Assembly (NCBI GenBank): GCA_964194865.1
Contig: CAXMOC010000141.1
Coordinates: 8,370 to 72,369, forward strand
Source of the DNA: an uncultured Opitutales bacterium
Lineage (GTDB): Bacteria > Myxococcota_A > UBA9160 > SMWR01
DNA length: 64,000 nt
Reading direction: 5' to 3'
Shown here in pieces: positions 11,560 to 21,468 of the stretch. The notes beneath the pieces are model-generated. The model searched no databases. It was not told where the DNA came from and worked only from the letters and a program-made list of their open reading frames with translations. Both the position numbers and the translations under genes were made by a program. Position 1 is the stretch's first letter, and the number at the start of each line of letters is the position of its first letter.

Positions 11560-12626
11560 CAGTCAGTCTCTTCGGGGGGGAGGGAGTCCAGCGCCGACAC
11601 GACGCGGGCGCGCCGGGCGAGGTCGCGATGGACCCTGATCTCCCGCAATCCTACGTCGCGGCACCATTGTGCCACGGGTTCCGCCTGCGCGGGGGCCAGC
11701 TCCACTGCAAATCCGCCACTGGGAGCGAGAACCTCAGCGAGGCCGGCGATCAGCGCGCGGAGCACGGCCAGGCCGTCCGGCCCGGCAAAGAGCGCCATAT
11801 CGGGCTCGTGGGCCAGCTCCGGAGCGAGCGTCGACCGCTCCGATTCGGCCAGATAAGGCGGATTGGAGACCACCAGATCGAAGCGCTCGCCCTGGACCGG
11901 CTCGAACAGGCTCCCCTCGATCAATCGAATCCGATCCGCCAAGCCCAACGCCTGGGCGTTTCGGGCGGCAACTGCGAGCGCGGCGGCCGAAACATCGGTG
12001 GCGGTCACCTGGGCATCCTCCCGCTCGCTTGCGATGGCCAGTGCGACTGCCCCAGAACCCGTTCCGACATCGAGCACCCTCTTTCCCCCGGTGTTCGCTG
12101 GCAGCAGACCGAGTGCGGCCGAGACCAGCGTTTCGGTATCGGGTCGCGGCACCAGCACGTCCTCGGTCACCTCGAGGGACAGCGACCAGAACTCCTTGCG
12201 GCCGGTCAGCTGGGCGACCGGCACGCGCTGATCCGCTCGGCGCTTCACGAGGTCCCGAAACACGCCGCGCTCTGCCTCAGTAGCGGGCTGGTCGAAGTCG
12301 AGATAGAGGCGCATTCGATCCACACCGAGCGCGCCGGCCAGCAGGCACTCCGCATCGAGGCGGGGATTCTCGATGCCTCGAGCTGCGAAGTGATCGGTGG
12401 TCCAGCGCAGGAGCTCCAGGAGCGTCCAGTCCTTTTTTTCTTCGCTCGCGTTTCGCTCGCTGCGCGGCCGCGGAGCGGCCTTGCTGGAGGGAGGTTGAGG
12501 CTCGGTGCCGGGGCGGGGGGCTGTCTTGGCTTCGGCGGGCTGGGGTTCGCTGGGGTCGGCTCGACCCGGGTTCGCGGGTTTGGATTTGGGAATTTGTGCG
12601 CTGTCGGCGCTCGGGGGGAGGGTCAT
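11559..12626 (-). CDS. prmC: Release factor glutamine methyltransferase with ~65-aa Pro-rich N-terminal extension
   Basis: [27 protein letters not shown] overlap with the prfA stop. Confidence 0.95.
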   Translation of the reverse strand: MTLPPSADSAQIPKSKPANPGRADPSEPQPAEAKTAPRPGTEPQPPSSKAAPRPRSERNASEEKKDWTLLELLRWTTDHFAARGIENPRLDAECLLAGALGVDRMRLYLDFDQPATEAERGVFRDLVKRRADQRVPVAQLTGRKEFWSLSLEVTEDVLVPRPDTETLVSAALGLLPANTGGKRVLDVGTGSGAVALAIASEREDAQVTATDVSAAALAVAARNAQALGLADRIRLIEGSLFEPVQGERFDLVVSNPPYLAESERSTLAPELAHEPDMALFAGPDGLAVLRALIAGLAEVLAPSGGFAVELAPAQAEPVAQWCRDVGLREIRVHRDLARRARVVSALDSLPPEETD

Positions 12627-13696
12627 GCTTCGGCTTTCAGGGCGGCTTCGGCGAGTTTGGCGTGGATGGCGTCCAGAATTTCGTCCAGGTCGCCCTCGAT
12701 GATCGCGAGCAGACGGTGCATCGTGATGCCCGCCCGGTGATCCGTGACCCGCGTCTGCGGATAGTTGTAGGTGCGAATCTTCTCCGAGCGCTCGCCAGTC
12801 CCCACCTGGGCGCGGCGCTCGCCGGCGCGCTCATCGGCCTCCGCTTGGCGCTTCATATCGAACAGCCGCGAACGCAGAACAGTGAACGCCTTGGCCTTGT
12901 TCTTGTGTTGCGATTTCTCGTCCTGGCACTGAACGACGAGGCCCGTTGGCACGTGGGTGATGCGAATCGCAGAGTCAGTCGTATTGACGCTCTGGCCTCC
13001 AGGGCCCGAAGAGCGAAAACGATCGATCCGTAGATCGGCCGGATCGATCTCGATGTCGATTTCCTCGGCCTCGGGCAACACCGCCACCGTCACCGTGGAG
13101 GTATGGATGCGGCCCTGAGACTCGGTGGCGGGAACCCGCTGAACCCGATGCACCCCACGCTCGTGCTGAAGCCGGCCGAAGGCCGATTTCCCTTCGATGT
13201 TGACGATCACTTCGCGGATACCGCCGCCATCTGTCTGGGAGAGCGAAAGCGGCTCGATCTTCCAGCCACGGGCTTCGGCGTAGCGCGAATACATGCGAAA
13301 GAGATCCGCGGCGAAGAGTGCAGCCTCGTCTCCACCGGTTCCCGCCCGAATCTCCAGGATCGCGTTCTTCTCCGCGTTGGGATCCTTGGGCGCGAGCAGC
13401 AGCCGTATCTCCTGTTCGGCGGCTTTCCGTCGCTCTTCGAGCTCGGCCAGCTCGGTCTCGGCGAGCTCGCGTACCTCGAGGTCCGCGTCGGCGAGCATGC
13501 CGCTCGCATCTTCGATCTCACGCAGGGTTCGGCGGTAGACCGCCGCGGCTTCAGCGGCTGGCCGAACCTGGGAGAGTTCCTTGGCGACGGCCGCGTACTC
13601 GGCCGGCTTGCTCGCAACTGAGGGGTCCGCGAGCCTCTCCTCGAGGCGGCTCGCCTTGGCCTCGAAGACCGAAATTCTTTCTAGCAGGTCGGACAT
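12623..13696 (-). CDS. prfA: Peptide chain release factor 1
   Basis: GGQ motif, PAT anticodon tripeptide (RVPATE), [11 protein letters not shown]; upstream of prmC. Confidence 0.97.
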   Translation of the reverse strand: MSDLLERISVFEAKASRLEERLADPSVASKPAEYAAVAKELSQVRPAAEAAAVYRRTLREIEDASGMLADADLEVRELAETELAELEERRKAAEQEIRLLLAPKDPNAEKNAILEIRAGTGGDEAALFAADLFRMYSRYAEARGWKIEPLSLSQTDGGGIREVIVNIEGKSAFGRLQHERGVHRVQRVPATESQGRIHTSTVTVAVLPEAEEIDIEIDPADLRIDRFRSSGPGGQSVNTTDSAIRITHVPTGLVVQCQDEKSQHKNKAKAFTVLRSRLFDMKRQAEADERAGERRAQVGTGERSEKIRTYNYPQTRVTDHRAGITMHRLLAIIEGDLDEILDAIHAKLAEAALKAEA

Positions 13697-13790
13697 CGCC
13701 CATCCCGTCCAGAGTGCAAGGTAGCACTGCGGTGGCCGCCCGATCGGGCCGTGCGGGGGAGAGCGTCCGGATCGAAACGCCCGGGTCGTT

Positions 13791-15236
13791 TCAGGAGTTC
13801 ATCGAGGCGAGGAACTCCTCGTTGGATTCTGTCGCCTTCACCTTCTCCAGCAGAAATTCCATCGAATCGACCGGATTGAGAGGTGCTAGTACCTTGCGCA
13901 GGATGTGCATTCGATTGAGAGTCGTCTCGGGAAGCAACAATTCCTCGCGTCGCGTCGCGGAGCGATTGATGTCGATGGCGGGGTAGGTGCGCCGATCCGA
14001 GAGCTTGCGGTCGAGCACGATCTCGCTGTTACCAGTGCCCTTGAACTCCTCGAAGATCACCTCGTCCATCCGAGACCCCGTATCGATCAGGGCCGTGCCG
14101 ATGATGGTCAGACTACCGCCCTCCTCCACGTTGCGCGCCGCGCCGAAGAAGCGCTTCGGCTTGTGGAGAGCGTTGGAGTCGACGCCACCGGAGAGGATCT
14201 TTCCGGAATGAGGAACCACGGTGTTGTGCGCACGCGCCAGACGCGTGATCGAATCGAGCAAGATGACGACGTCGCGCTTGTGCTCCGTCATCCGGCGCGC
14301 CTTCTCGATCACCATGTCCGCAACCTGAACGTGGCGAGTGGCCGGCTCATCGAAGGTCGACGAAATGACCTCGGCCTTCACGTTGCGCGCCATGTCCGTC
14401 ACTTCCTCGGGTCGCTCGTCGATCAGCAGGACGATCAGCACGACCTCTGGGTGATTCTCGGCGATCGCATTGGCGATGTCCTTGAGAATCATCGTCTTGC
14501 CGGCCTTGGGCGGAGACGTGATCAGGGCGCGTTGACCCTTACCAATCGGCGCGATCAAGTCGATGATTCGCGTCGTCAACCCACCACTGGCGGCCTCGAG
14601 ATTGAACTTGTCCTCGGGATAGAGCGGCGTGAGGTTGTCGAATAGGATCTTGTGCCTGGCCGCTTCGGGCGACTCGAGATTGATGGAGTTGACCTTGAGC
14701 AGCGCGAAGTAGCGCTCGCCCTCCTTGGGGGGGCGGATCTGTCCCAGCACCGTGTCGCCTGTCCGCAGACTGAACCTGCGAATCTGGGATGGTGAGACGT
14801 AGACATCATCAGGGCCCGCGAGGTAGTTCTGGTCCGGCGCCCGCAAGAAACCGAAGCCGTCGGGCAGCGTCTCGAGCACGCCTTCCGCGTAGATCTTGCC
14901 CTTGTTCTCGGTCTGGGCTTTCAGGATCTCGAAGATCAGGTCCTGCTTGCGGAGACCCGCCGCATTCTCGACCGTGAGCGTCTCACCCAAGCCGACCAGG
15001 TCTTCCATGGGCTTGGACTTCAAGTCCATCACGTTCATTCGCTCGGTTTCGCCGTCGTCGTCCTCGAGCTCTTCTTCGAAGACCTCGTCGTCCGGATACT
15101 CGGGCATCCGGGGGCGACGGTGATCGCGGGGTGCAGCGTTGCCGTTGACGCCGTTGCCTCCACGAGATCGGCGGGACCGACCTCGGCGCGAGCGTCCCTG
15201 GGAAGAGCTGGTATCGCCGGAGCGGTGATTACTCAC
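13791..15236 (-). CDS. rho: Transcription termination factor Rho with N-terminal low-complexity extension (start uncertain)
   Basis: [14 protein letters not shown], Walker [33 protein letters not shown]. Confidence 0.98.
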   Translation of the reverse strand: MSNHRSGDTSSSQGRSRRGRSRRSRGGNGVNGNAAPRDHRRPRMPEYPDDEVFEEELEDDDGETERMNVMDLKSKPMEDLVGLGETLTVENAAGLRKQDLIFEILKAQTENKGKIYAEGVLETLPDGFGFLRAPDQNYLAGPDDVYVSPSQIRRFSLRTGDTVLGQIRPPKEGERYFALLKVNSINLESPEAARHKILFDNLTPLYPEDKFNLEAASGGLTTRIIDLIAPIGKGQRALITSPPKAGKTMILKDIANAIAENHPEVVLIVLLIDERPEEVTDMARNVKAEVISSTFDEPATRHVQVADMVIEKARRMTEHKRDVVILLDSITRLARAHNTVVPHSGKILSGGVDSNALHKPKRFFGAARNVEEGGSLTIIGTALIDTGSRMDEVIFEEFKGTGNSEIVLDRKLSDRRTYPAIDINRSATRREELLLPETTLNRMHILRKVLAPLNPVDSMEFLLEKVKATESNEEFLASMNS

Positions 15237-15686
15237 AAGATCTTCTCTCTTAGATATAGGTTGCGTTTCTGTTCTCTGTCGATCGTTTGGTTTGAATTCG
15301 CCGTGAAGGCAGTTGGAAGGAGGCGGGGGACGCTCAACGTTGTCGAGGGGTATGATGGGTCGCGGGTTGTACCAGCCTGCGACCAGCCTTTGCCCGGCAC
15401 ACCGGGCCTCGGTCCTCCGGAGAGTTGAGATGGGTTCGGCTGTGGCTTCTTGATCGGCTGCCCACGCCTATGAGTTGAAGGTTAGTTTGATCGAAACCGT
15501 GTAGCTCGGAGCTCGCGTTCCGGGCCTTTGCGCTACCTCTGCTTTCAATCCCGCCAGAAACCGCCAAGAATCAAATGGTTTGGGAGGGAAAGAGATCGGA
15601 GTCCTTCAGGACAACCCGGTTGCCGATTCCGTCACTTCTGTAGGGAAGTGAATTCACCGCGGCTGAAGAGAAGGGGAAACGAATCC

Positions 15687-15715
15687 AGCGTAAGGCCACT
15701 GATTTGAGGTGTCAA
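15687..15715 (-). promoter_or_regulatory. Predicted sigma70 promoter of rho
   Basis: TTGACA-N17-TACGCT on the minus strand, ~450 nt upstream of rho. Confidence 0.65.
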
Positions 15716-16377
15716 CCCTGCACCTTGGCAGCAATGAAGTGGCTCAATCTCCCGGCCGCTGATCCGTCACGCCTGAATGAGTGGAAGCGGTCGGGCTGGC
15801 ATGCCGTGCAGGCGTCCGGAATCGAACCGATGCGAGCGTCGGGGAGGCCTGCGGTTCTCAGCGCGTCCCGTGCCAGCAAGCCGAGATCGAGCAAAACGTG
15901 ACCCACTCGCGTCGCGCGCGAAGCGGCTGGCAGCGCATCGGAAAATCGCTCGGCGAGGGCGTCCAGTACTGGCGCGTCGACCTCGTAACAACAAGACCCG
16001 ATGTGGGGACCGATCACCGCGCAAACCGATTGGGGAGCCCGCCAAGGCAGCGCGGCCACGGCGGCGCCGATCACGCCCCCGGCGAGGCCTCGCCAACCCG
16101 CGTGAACCGCAGCGACGGCGCGCCCTGCTTCGACCGCGATCAGGATGGGGACGCAGTCCGCAGTCAGCACGCCGATCCGCACCCCGCCGCGGTCGGAGAC
16201 GATCGCGTCCGCTTCGGGAGACGGTTGCTCGAAGCACTGTTGCGCGGTGACAACCGCAACACCGTGCACCTGCCTGGGGCGGTAGACTGCGAGGGGTGGC
16301 GCATCCCGGTGCCCGAAGCCGTGTTCCACGCCCTGTTCGGACAGCAGGGGGTGGCGCAGGCTGCGGTCGGGGCTCAA
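15712..16377 (-). CDS. pgeF: YfiH/PgeF family (laccase-domain / purine nucleoside phosphorylase) protein
   Basis: QVHG, ADAIVS, TADCVPILI, HAGWRG, GPHIGSCCYEV, CTAC...FHSFRR; downstream of rluD. Confidence 0.9.
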   Translation of the reverse strand: MSPDRSLRHPLLSEQGVEHGFGHRDAPPLAVYRPRQVHGVAVVTAQQCFEQPSPEADAIVSDRGGVRIGVLTADCVPILIAVEAGRAVAAVHAGWRGLAGGVIGAAVAALPWRAPQSVCAVIGPHIGSCCYEVDAPVLDALAERFSDALPAASRATRVGHVLLDLGLLARDALRTAGLPDARIGSIPDACTACQPDRFHSFRRDGSAAGRLSHFIAAKVQG

Positions 16378-17309
16378 CTCTCCGAAACCTCGCTGAGCTC
16401 GAGGCTCGAGACGAGCGCCGCGAGATCTTCGGGAAGCGGCGCTTCGAAGCGCATGCTTCGAAGATCTCGGGGGTGGCTGAAACCGAGCACGGCCGCGTGG
16501 AGAGCCGGGCGGCCGAGATCCTGCTCACGGCGACGGACTCGCCCGTAGATCAGATCTCCCACGATCGGTAGACCGACGGATGCCAGATGAACCCGGATCT
16601 GATGGGTGCGACCGGTTTCCGGAAACACGTCCAACAGCGCGCGTTGGCTCTTGGAGAAGCGCCGCCCTATGCGCCAGGCAGTCGACGCCTCGCGAGCCGC
16701 CGTCGACCGCACAGACATGCGCTTGCGATCCTTCGGGTGGCGTCCGATCGGCCGGTCGATCCGGCCTGAATCCGCCCGCGGCGATCCGCGAACGAGGGCC
16801 CAGTAGACGCGTTCGATCGTATGCTCGTGAAATTGCTCGGCCAGATGTCGATGCGCAGCGTCGTGCTTCGCAGCGACCAATACGCCCGAGGTTCCCTGAT
16901 CCAGGCGGTGAACGATCCCCGGTCGCTCGACTCCGCCGATGCCGGCGAGATCATCACAATGATGAAGCAGCGCGTTGACGAGCGTTCCGCTCGAGTGGCC
17001 GGGCGCCGGGTGAACCACCATCCCTGCGGGCTTGTCGATCACGATCAGATCATCGTCCTCGTGGAGCACCTCCAGGGCAATCGCCTCGGGCTTCAGCTCG
17101 GAAGAACGAAGCTCCGGCGGGGTCGCTTCGAGCTCGTCGCCGAGCCGCACCGGCTGACTGGCTCGGCAAGTCTTCGCGTTAAGCCTGACGCGGCCTTCAT
17201 CGATCCAGCGCCGGGCCTGGGAGCGCGAGATCCCGGCAACCGCAGCGAGCGCACTGTCGAGTCGCTCGTCGGCCTCGGTCTGGCTGATGACAAAACGGCT
17301 GGGAGTCAT
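16374..17309 (-). CDS. rluD: RluA-family 23S rRNA pseudouridine synthase with S4 domain
   Basis: RLDSALA S4 domain, DKPAGMVVHP, GIVHRLDQGTSG, TGRTHQIRVH. Confidence 0.9.
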   Translation of the reverse strand: MTPSRFVISQTEADERLDSALAAVAGISRSQARRWIDEGRVRLNAKTCRASQPVRLGDELEATPPELRSSELKPEAIALEVLHEDDDLIVIDKPAGMVVHPAPGHSSGTLVNALLHHCDDLAGIGGVERPGIVHRLDQGTSGVLVAAKHDAAHRHLAEQFHEHTIERVYWALVRGSPRADSGRIDRPIGRHPKDRKRMSVRSTAAREASTAWRIGRRFSKSQRALLDVFPETGRTHQIRVHLASVGLPIVGDLIYGRVRRREQDLGRPALHAAVLGFSHPRDLRSMRFEAPLPEDLAALVSSLELSEVSES

Positions 17310-17349
17310 CGCGTGGCCCGAACCAGTATGCGCCTCTCGGCGCTGGGTT

Positions 17350-17988
17350 TCAGTGGCTCTCGAAGAACCTGCCCTTGCGACGCTCTTCGCGGCGCGCGTC
17401 GAAGCGTCTCATGTAGCTCGTCGCCACGCGGCGCGAATCGAGCCCGAGACAACTCGCGTACGCGCCCACGAACCCGCGCACGTAGACCGGGGCCGGCAGA
17501 TCCGGAAAGCGCTCCTCCTCGATGAAGAGCAGGTAGGTGGTGTTGATCTTGGTGACCGCGGCGATGTCTTCCACCTCTAGTCCGCAGCGCATGCGATAGC
17601 GACGCAGACGCGCGCCGTCGAAGTCACCACCGGTGCCGTCGTCGAGCTCGGCGAAGTTGATCGGAAGAGGCGTGCGCTCGGCAACCTCCGGCAGCGGCGA
17701 GGAATCCGCAAGCGCGACTGCCGGCCCGGCCACTTCGGAGTTCGATTCGACTCCGACGCTGGCATCGTATTCGCTTCTCGACTGTTCGTCCGACAACACC
17801 CGATAAGCCGCCTCGATTCGCTCTCTCAATGCGGCGGCGTCACCCTCGGCGAAGACCGAGTAGCCCGCGAGGGATTCATCCGCATAGGTGGTGAGAGACA
17901 GCCGGTAGGCGCGCTCGATCTCCTGATCACTGGCTTCGGGGTGCGTTTCCAGAATCTCGTAGTGGTTCTGTTCCGAAAGCGACTTCAA
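17350..17988 (-). CDS. DnaJ-like domain (no HPD) plus RodZ-type HTH protein
   Basis: NHYEILETHPEASDQEIERAYR J-like start; C-terminal GARLRRYR...IAAVTKI...IEEERFPDLPAPVYVRGF; TTG overlaps the upstream TGA. Confidence 0.75.
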   Translation of the reverse strand: MKSLSEQNHYEILETHPEASDQEIERAYRLSLTTYADESLAGYSVFAEGDAAALRERIEAAYRVLSDEQSRSEYDASVGVESNSEVAGPAVALADSSPLPEVAERTPLPINFAELDDGTGGDFDGARLRRYRMRCGLEVEDIAAVTKINTTYLLFIEEERFPDLPAPVYVRGFVGAYASCLGLDSRRVATSYMRRFDARREERRKGRFFESH

Positions 17989-18971
17989 GCCGAGTCCTCG
18001 CGGGTGGCCGAATTCCCCGCGAGGAGCTTGCGAGCGATCCTCGCGAGGTAGATCGCAGCGTCCGATTGGGGATGCAAGTCGACCAGAGGGCGACGCACGC
18101 GAACGCTTTCCCTCGCCGCGTCATCGTTGTTCACATAACCGAGATACTCGGCATCGATTCCGAAGTACTTTCGACAGACGCTTCGAATCGAGAAGCCCAG
18201 CTTGATCTCTTCCGCAGTGCGAACCCCATTGATGATCAGTCTCGGCCGAAACGCCCGCATGGTCTCGACGAAGCGCGCGCCCTCGGCGCTGTCGAGTGAC
18301 TGGATCTCGCGCAGAAGATCCAACGGCGTGCGGATGCCGCGCTCGTTGCGCTGGTCCATGGCCGTCGTGACGATCTTTCGCACGTCATGGGAGACCATTG
18401 CCAACCGCAGGCGGCGATAGAAGGCAGCGCGGATGAACGAGTACGCGTTCTCGACAGAGGTGGGCTCGGGCGCGATGACGACCACGCCATCCTCGCCGAT
18501 CATGAAGTAATCCATCACGGCCGCGTGGGTGCCGGCTCCGAGGTCGATGAACACGAAGTCGGCGTCCAGGTTACGCAGTGAACGCAGGAAGCGTATCCGC
18601 CGTGAATGGTTGGGCTGTGGTGTCGCCAGGTTGCCGTCGGTCGCCGCGATCAGCTGAAGGTTGGCGATCGGTGTCTCGAGGATCAGCTTCTGGAGATCCT
18701 CCTCGCGCTGGGCAACGAAGTCCGCCAGGCTGATTCGAGGCTTCGGAACCCCGAGGCAGGTGTGCAGGTTCGCACCCTCGAGGTCACCGTCGACCGCCAC
18801 CACCCGAGAACCCGCCCGGGCGAGCGAAGCGGCCAGGTTGGCGACCACGAAGCTCTTGCCGACCCCTCCCTTGCCGCCGCCCACGGGAATCAGACGTACG
18901 GAGCGGTCAGCCTGTTCGGCTTGGAGCCTGGCTGCGGCGCGGTTCGACGTTTCGCTCGAGTCCGCGATCAC
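17985..18971 (-). CDS. MinD/FlhG(FleN)-like P-loop ATPase
   Basis: Deviant Walker A GGGKGGVGKS, VDGDLEGANLH, IDLGAG, PEPTSVENAY; GTG at 18971 chosen because the longer ORF overlaps the HNH gene. Confidence 0.85.
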   Translation of the reverse strand: MIADSSETSNRAAARLQAEQADRSVRLIPVGGGKGGVGKSFVVANLAASLARAGSRVVAVDGDLEGANLHTCLGVPKPRISLADFVAQREEDLQKLILETPIANLQLIAATDGNLATPQPNHSRRIRFLRSLRNLDADFVFIDLGAGTHAAVMDYFMIGEDGVVVIAPEPTSVENAYSFIRAAFYRRLRLAMVSHDVRKIVTTAMDQRNERGIRTPLDLLREIQSLDSAEGARFVETMRAFRPRLIINGVRTAEEIKLGFSIRSVCRKYFGIDAEYLGYVNNDDAARESVRVRRPLVDLHPQSDAAIYLARIARKLLAGNSATREDSA

Positions 18972-18994
18972 ACACCTCGCCCGCGCCGAGCGCT

Positions 18995-19591
18995 CTAGTC
19001 GGAACGCCGCGCGGTCCGGTTGTTTCCCTCTACGATACTCAAGAAGGGCCGCCACTCGTTGTAGCGCACACTCAGGCCGATGTGGTTCATGAGTGGCGTC
19101 CAGCGCGGCTTGGACGGAACGCGCTTGAGTCGGAGCCGAGCCTGCTGGGGAGTCCGGCCTCCCTTGCGCCGGTTGCAGTCGACGCAGCTGCACACCACGT
19201 TCTCCCAGGTGGTCCGCCCACCGAGCGAGCGTGGAATCACGTGATCGAGGTTGAGCTGTGAGCGCTGTGGGCGTTCACCGCAGTACTGACAGGTGAACTT
19301 GTCGCGCGCGAAGATGTTGGTTCGGCTGTAGCGGACGTGTCTTTTGGGGACCCGGTCGAAGCCCGGGAGCAAGATCACTCTTGGTACCGAGAGCGAGCCA
19401 CTCGGCGTACCCACCGAAGCCTCGTCGCTGGGAATTCGGCGCCGCCGCCAGCTCTCGAAGTCGAAAGTCTCGTACTCGGGGCTCACCACCTTGGCCAGGT
19501 CGAGGTAGACCAGTGCAAACGCCCGCCGAGCATTCGTCACATGGATCGGCAGGTAGGAGCGGTTGAGTACGAGTACGCTCGAATTCAGCAC
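18995..19591 (-). CDS. HNH endonuclease (McrA-like)
   Basis: VLVLNRSYLP N-terminus, RDKFTCQYCG...LDHVIPRSLGG...WENVVCSCVDCNRRKG; GTG start at 19591. Confidence 0.9.
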   Translation of the reverse strand: MLNSSVLVLNRSYLPIHVTNARRAFALVYLDLAKVVSPEYETFDFESWRRRRIPSDEASVGTPSGSLSVPRVILLPGFDRVPKRHVRYSRTNIFARDKFTCQYCGERPQRSQLNLDHVIPRSLGGRTTWENVVCSCVDCNRRKGGRTPQQARLRLKRVPSKPRWTPLMNHIGLSVRYNEWRPFLSIVEGNNRTARRSD

Positions 19592-19610
19592 GTTATTTCG
19601 GCCACTTATC

Positions 19611-21047
19611 CTACGAGAAGCTCCCATCGCGTTCAACGCGGGCGTCCGCTAGGGCCTGCACGAAGGCGGCCTCGAGAGCGTCTTCGTCTCCCTCGAGCAA
19701 AGTTCGGACGTCGAGCACCAACGCCTCGTCCCGAAGCCGGGCGATCACCGGCACGGGGGCTCCGCGCAGCCGCTCGGCGAACCTTTCAGCGCCCGTTTCG
19801 GGCCGTACATCAACTACCCAGCCCTGGAGCTGAAAGCCCGGCAAGGAGCCACCGCCCACGAAGGCGCCGTCCGGCCTGGCCTCCACGCCAACGCCGTCAC
19901 CACAGACCTTCCGCAGCCGCGCTGCGAGCGCTCGAGCGCGGGCTTCGAGCTGGCTGGGGGGCTCCAGCAGCTGGCGCAGCACCGGGATCTCGCTCTCGGC
20001 GCGGCCGTCGAGATAGCACGAGAGCGTCCAATCCAAGGCCGCCAGGCTCAGCTTGTCGAGCCGTAGAGCGCGTGCCAGAGGATTTCGTCTCATCGCCTCG
20101 ACGATCTCGCTCGTTCCCAGGGCAATGCCCGCCTGGGGCCCACCGAGGAGCTTGTCGCCGGAGAAGCAGACCACGTCGGCCCCGAGCTTCAGACGACCCG
20201 GCGCGAAGGCCTCGGGGGGAATGCCCCTCGAAGTCAGATCGACCAAGGTGGCGCTGCCGAGATCCTCGACCACCGGCAACGCTCTCCGGCGCGCGAGGGC
20301 CGAGAGCTCCGAAAGCGACGCCTCGGCCACGAAGCCCTTGAGTTCGAAATTGCTGCGATGCACCTTCAGCAGCAGCGCCGTACGAGGACCGATGGCGCGC
20401 TCGTAATCCTCCAGATGGGTGCGGTTGGTGGTCCCTACCTCCACCAGATCCACGCCAGCACGTTCCATGATGTCGGGGACCCGAAACGAGCCGCCGATCT
20501 CCACCAACTCGCCCCGGGAGACGATGGCCTCGCGACCTCGCGCGAGGGTGTCGAGTGCCAACATGAGCGCAGCCGCGTTGTTGTTGACGGCCAGGGCGGC
20601 GGGCGCTTCGCTCAGCAGCATCAGCTTCTCGCGAATCGCCGCCTGGCGATCGCCTCGGCGTCCCGTAGAGAGATCGAGCTCCAGATCGCCGTAGCTGCCG
20701 GCGACGGCCGCGATCGCCGCGACCGCGCCGGGCGCCAGGGGGGCTCGCCCGAGATTAGTGTGCAGGGGAATTCCGGTGGCGTTGATCACCCGGCGGGGGC
20801 TACTCGCACACAGCAGACGGGCGATCTTGCCCGCGCGCCGAGCAAGCGCTTGGAGCAGCTGGCTTTCGACAGCCGGAAGCCTCTCCGGAGCTGCAGCCAG
20901 GCTCTCGCGAGCTTCTGCGAGAGCGATTCGGGACGCTTCGATCGCCGCCCATGCGGGCAGACCCTGTTGCGACAGGGCTTCGACAACCCGATCGACCGCG
21001 GGTAAAGCCCTGCGGGGATCGGCCTTGACCTCCGAGCTCGGATCCAT
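19611..21047 (-). CDS. selA: L-seryl-tRNA(Sec) selenium transferase
   Basis: VINATGIPLHTNLGRAP, VNNNAAA, SRGELVEIGGSFR, EVGTTNRTH, PLP lysine FSGDKLLGGPQAG. Confidence 0.95.
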   Translation of the reverse strand: MDPSSEVKADPRRALPAVDRVVEALSQQGLPAWAAIEASRIALAEARESLAAAPERLPAVESQLLQALARRAGKIARLLCASSPRRVINATGIPLHTNLGRAPLAPGAVAAIAAVAGSYGDLELDLSTGRRGDRQAAIREKLMLLSEAPAALAVNNNAAALMLALDTLARGREAIVSRGELVEIGGSFRVPDIMERAGVDLVEVGTTNRTHLEDYERAIGPRTALLLKVHRSNFELKGFVAEASLSELSALARRRALPVVEDLGSATLVDLTSRGIPPEAFAPGRLKLGADVVCFSGDKLLGGPQAGIALGTSEIVEAMRRNPLARALRLDKLSLAALDWTLSCYLDGRAESEIPVLRQLLEPPSQLEARARALAARLRKVCGDGVGVEARPDGAFVGGGSLPGFQLQGWVVDVRPETGAERFAERLRGAPVPVIARLRDEALVLDVRTLLEGDEDALEAAFVQALADARVERDGSFS

Positions 21048-21468
21048 GACCCTCCCAACCAGTATTTTCTTGGTGCGGTCCTGTCCGGACGCGCTCCTGG
21101 GGTAGCAACGTCATTGTTGCTGAAATTCAGCCGCCGGGTACAGCCGGTGTCGAATTTCCGAGATTCCGAGGGCTGCCGGGCGGGCGACCGTTGAGCCGGA
21201 CGGGCGGCGGGGCGCTGCGCGGGGCTCGAATTCAGTCGCGTGGCTGCACCGTTCTGAGATCACTTCCTGTGCGAGCGAAAAATAATCATGAATAAATTCG
21301 GGAGCTTGAACGCTGTTCCCGCCCAGCGCCGGCCCACGGCTCGGCGCCCCAGCTAGCCCCGCCACCACTCCACGCCGGGGGGCGTGGGGGGAAGACAGCT
21401 CGAGAGCAATATCCGAGCTCGCCAAAGCGGCGGGGGCGTTCATTTCGCGCCCCTCGCGGGTTTGGGGC

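Noticed and set aside
17985..19193. 402-aa version of the MinD-like ATPase
   Set aside because: The extension overlaps the HNH gene by ~200 nt; GTG 18971 gives a normal-length protein
21048..21468. Possible tRNA-Sec or other ncRNA next to selA
   Set aside because: Only short hairpins (GCAAC/GTTGC, GCTGA/TCAGC); no cloverleaf or UCA anticodon loop seen; consistent with a divergent promoter/leader region
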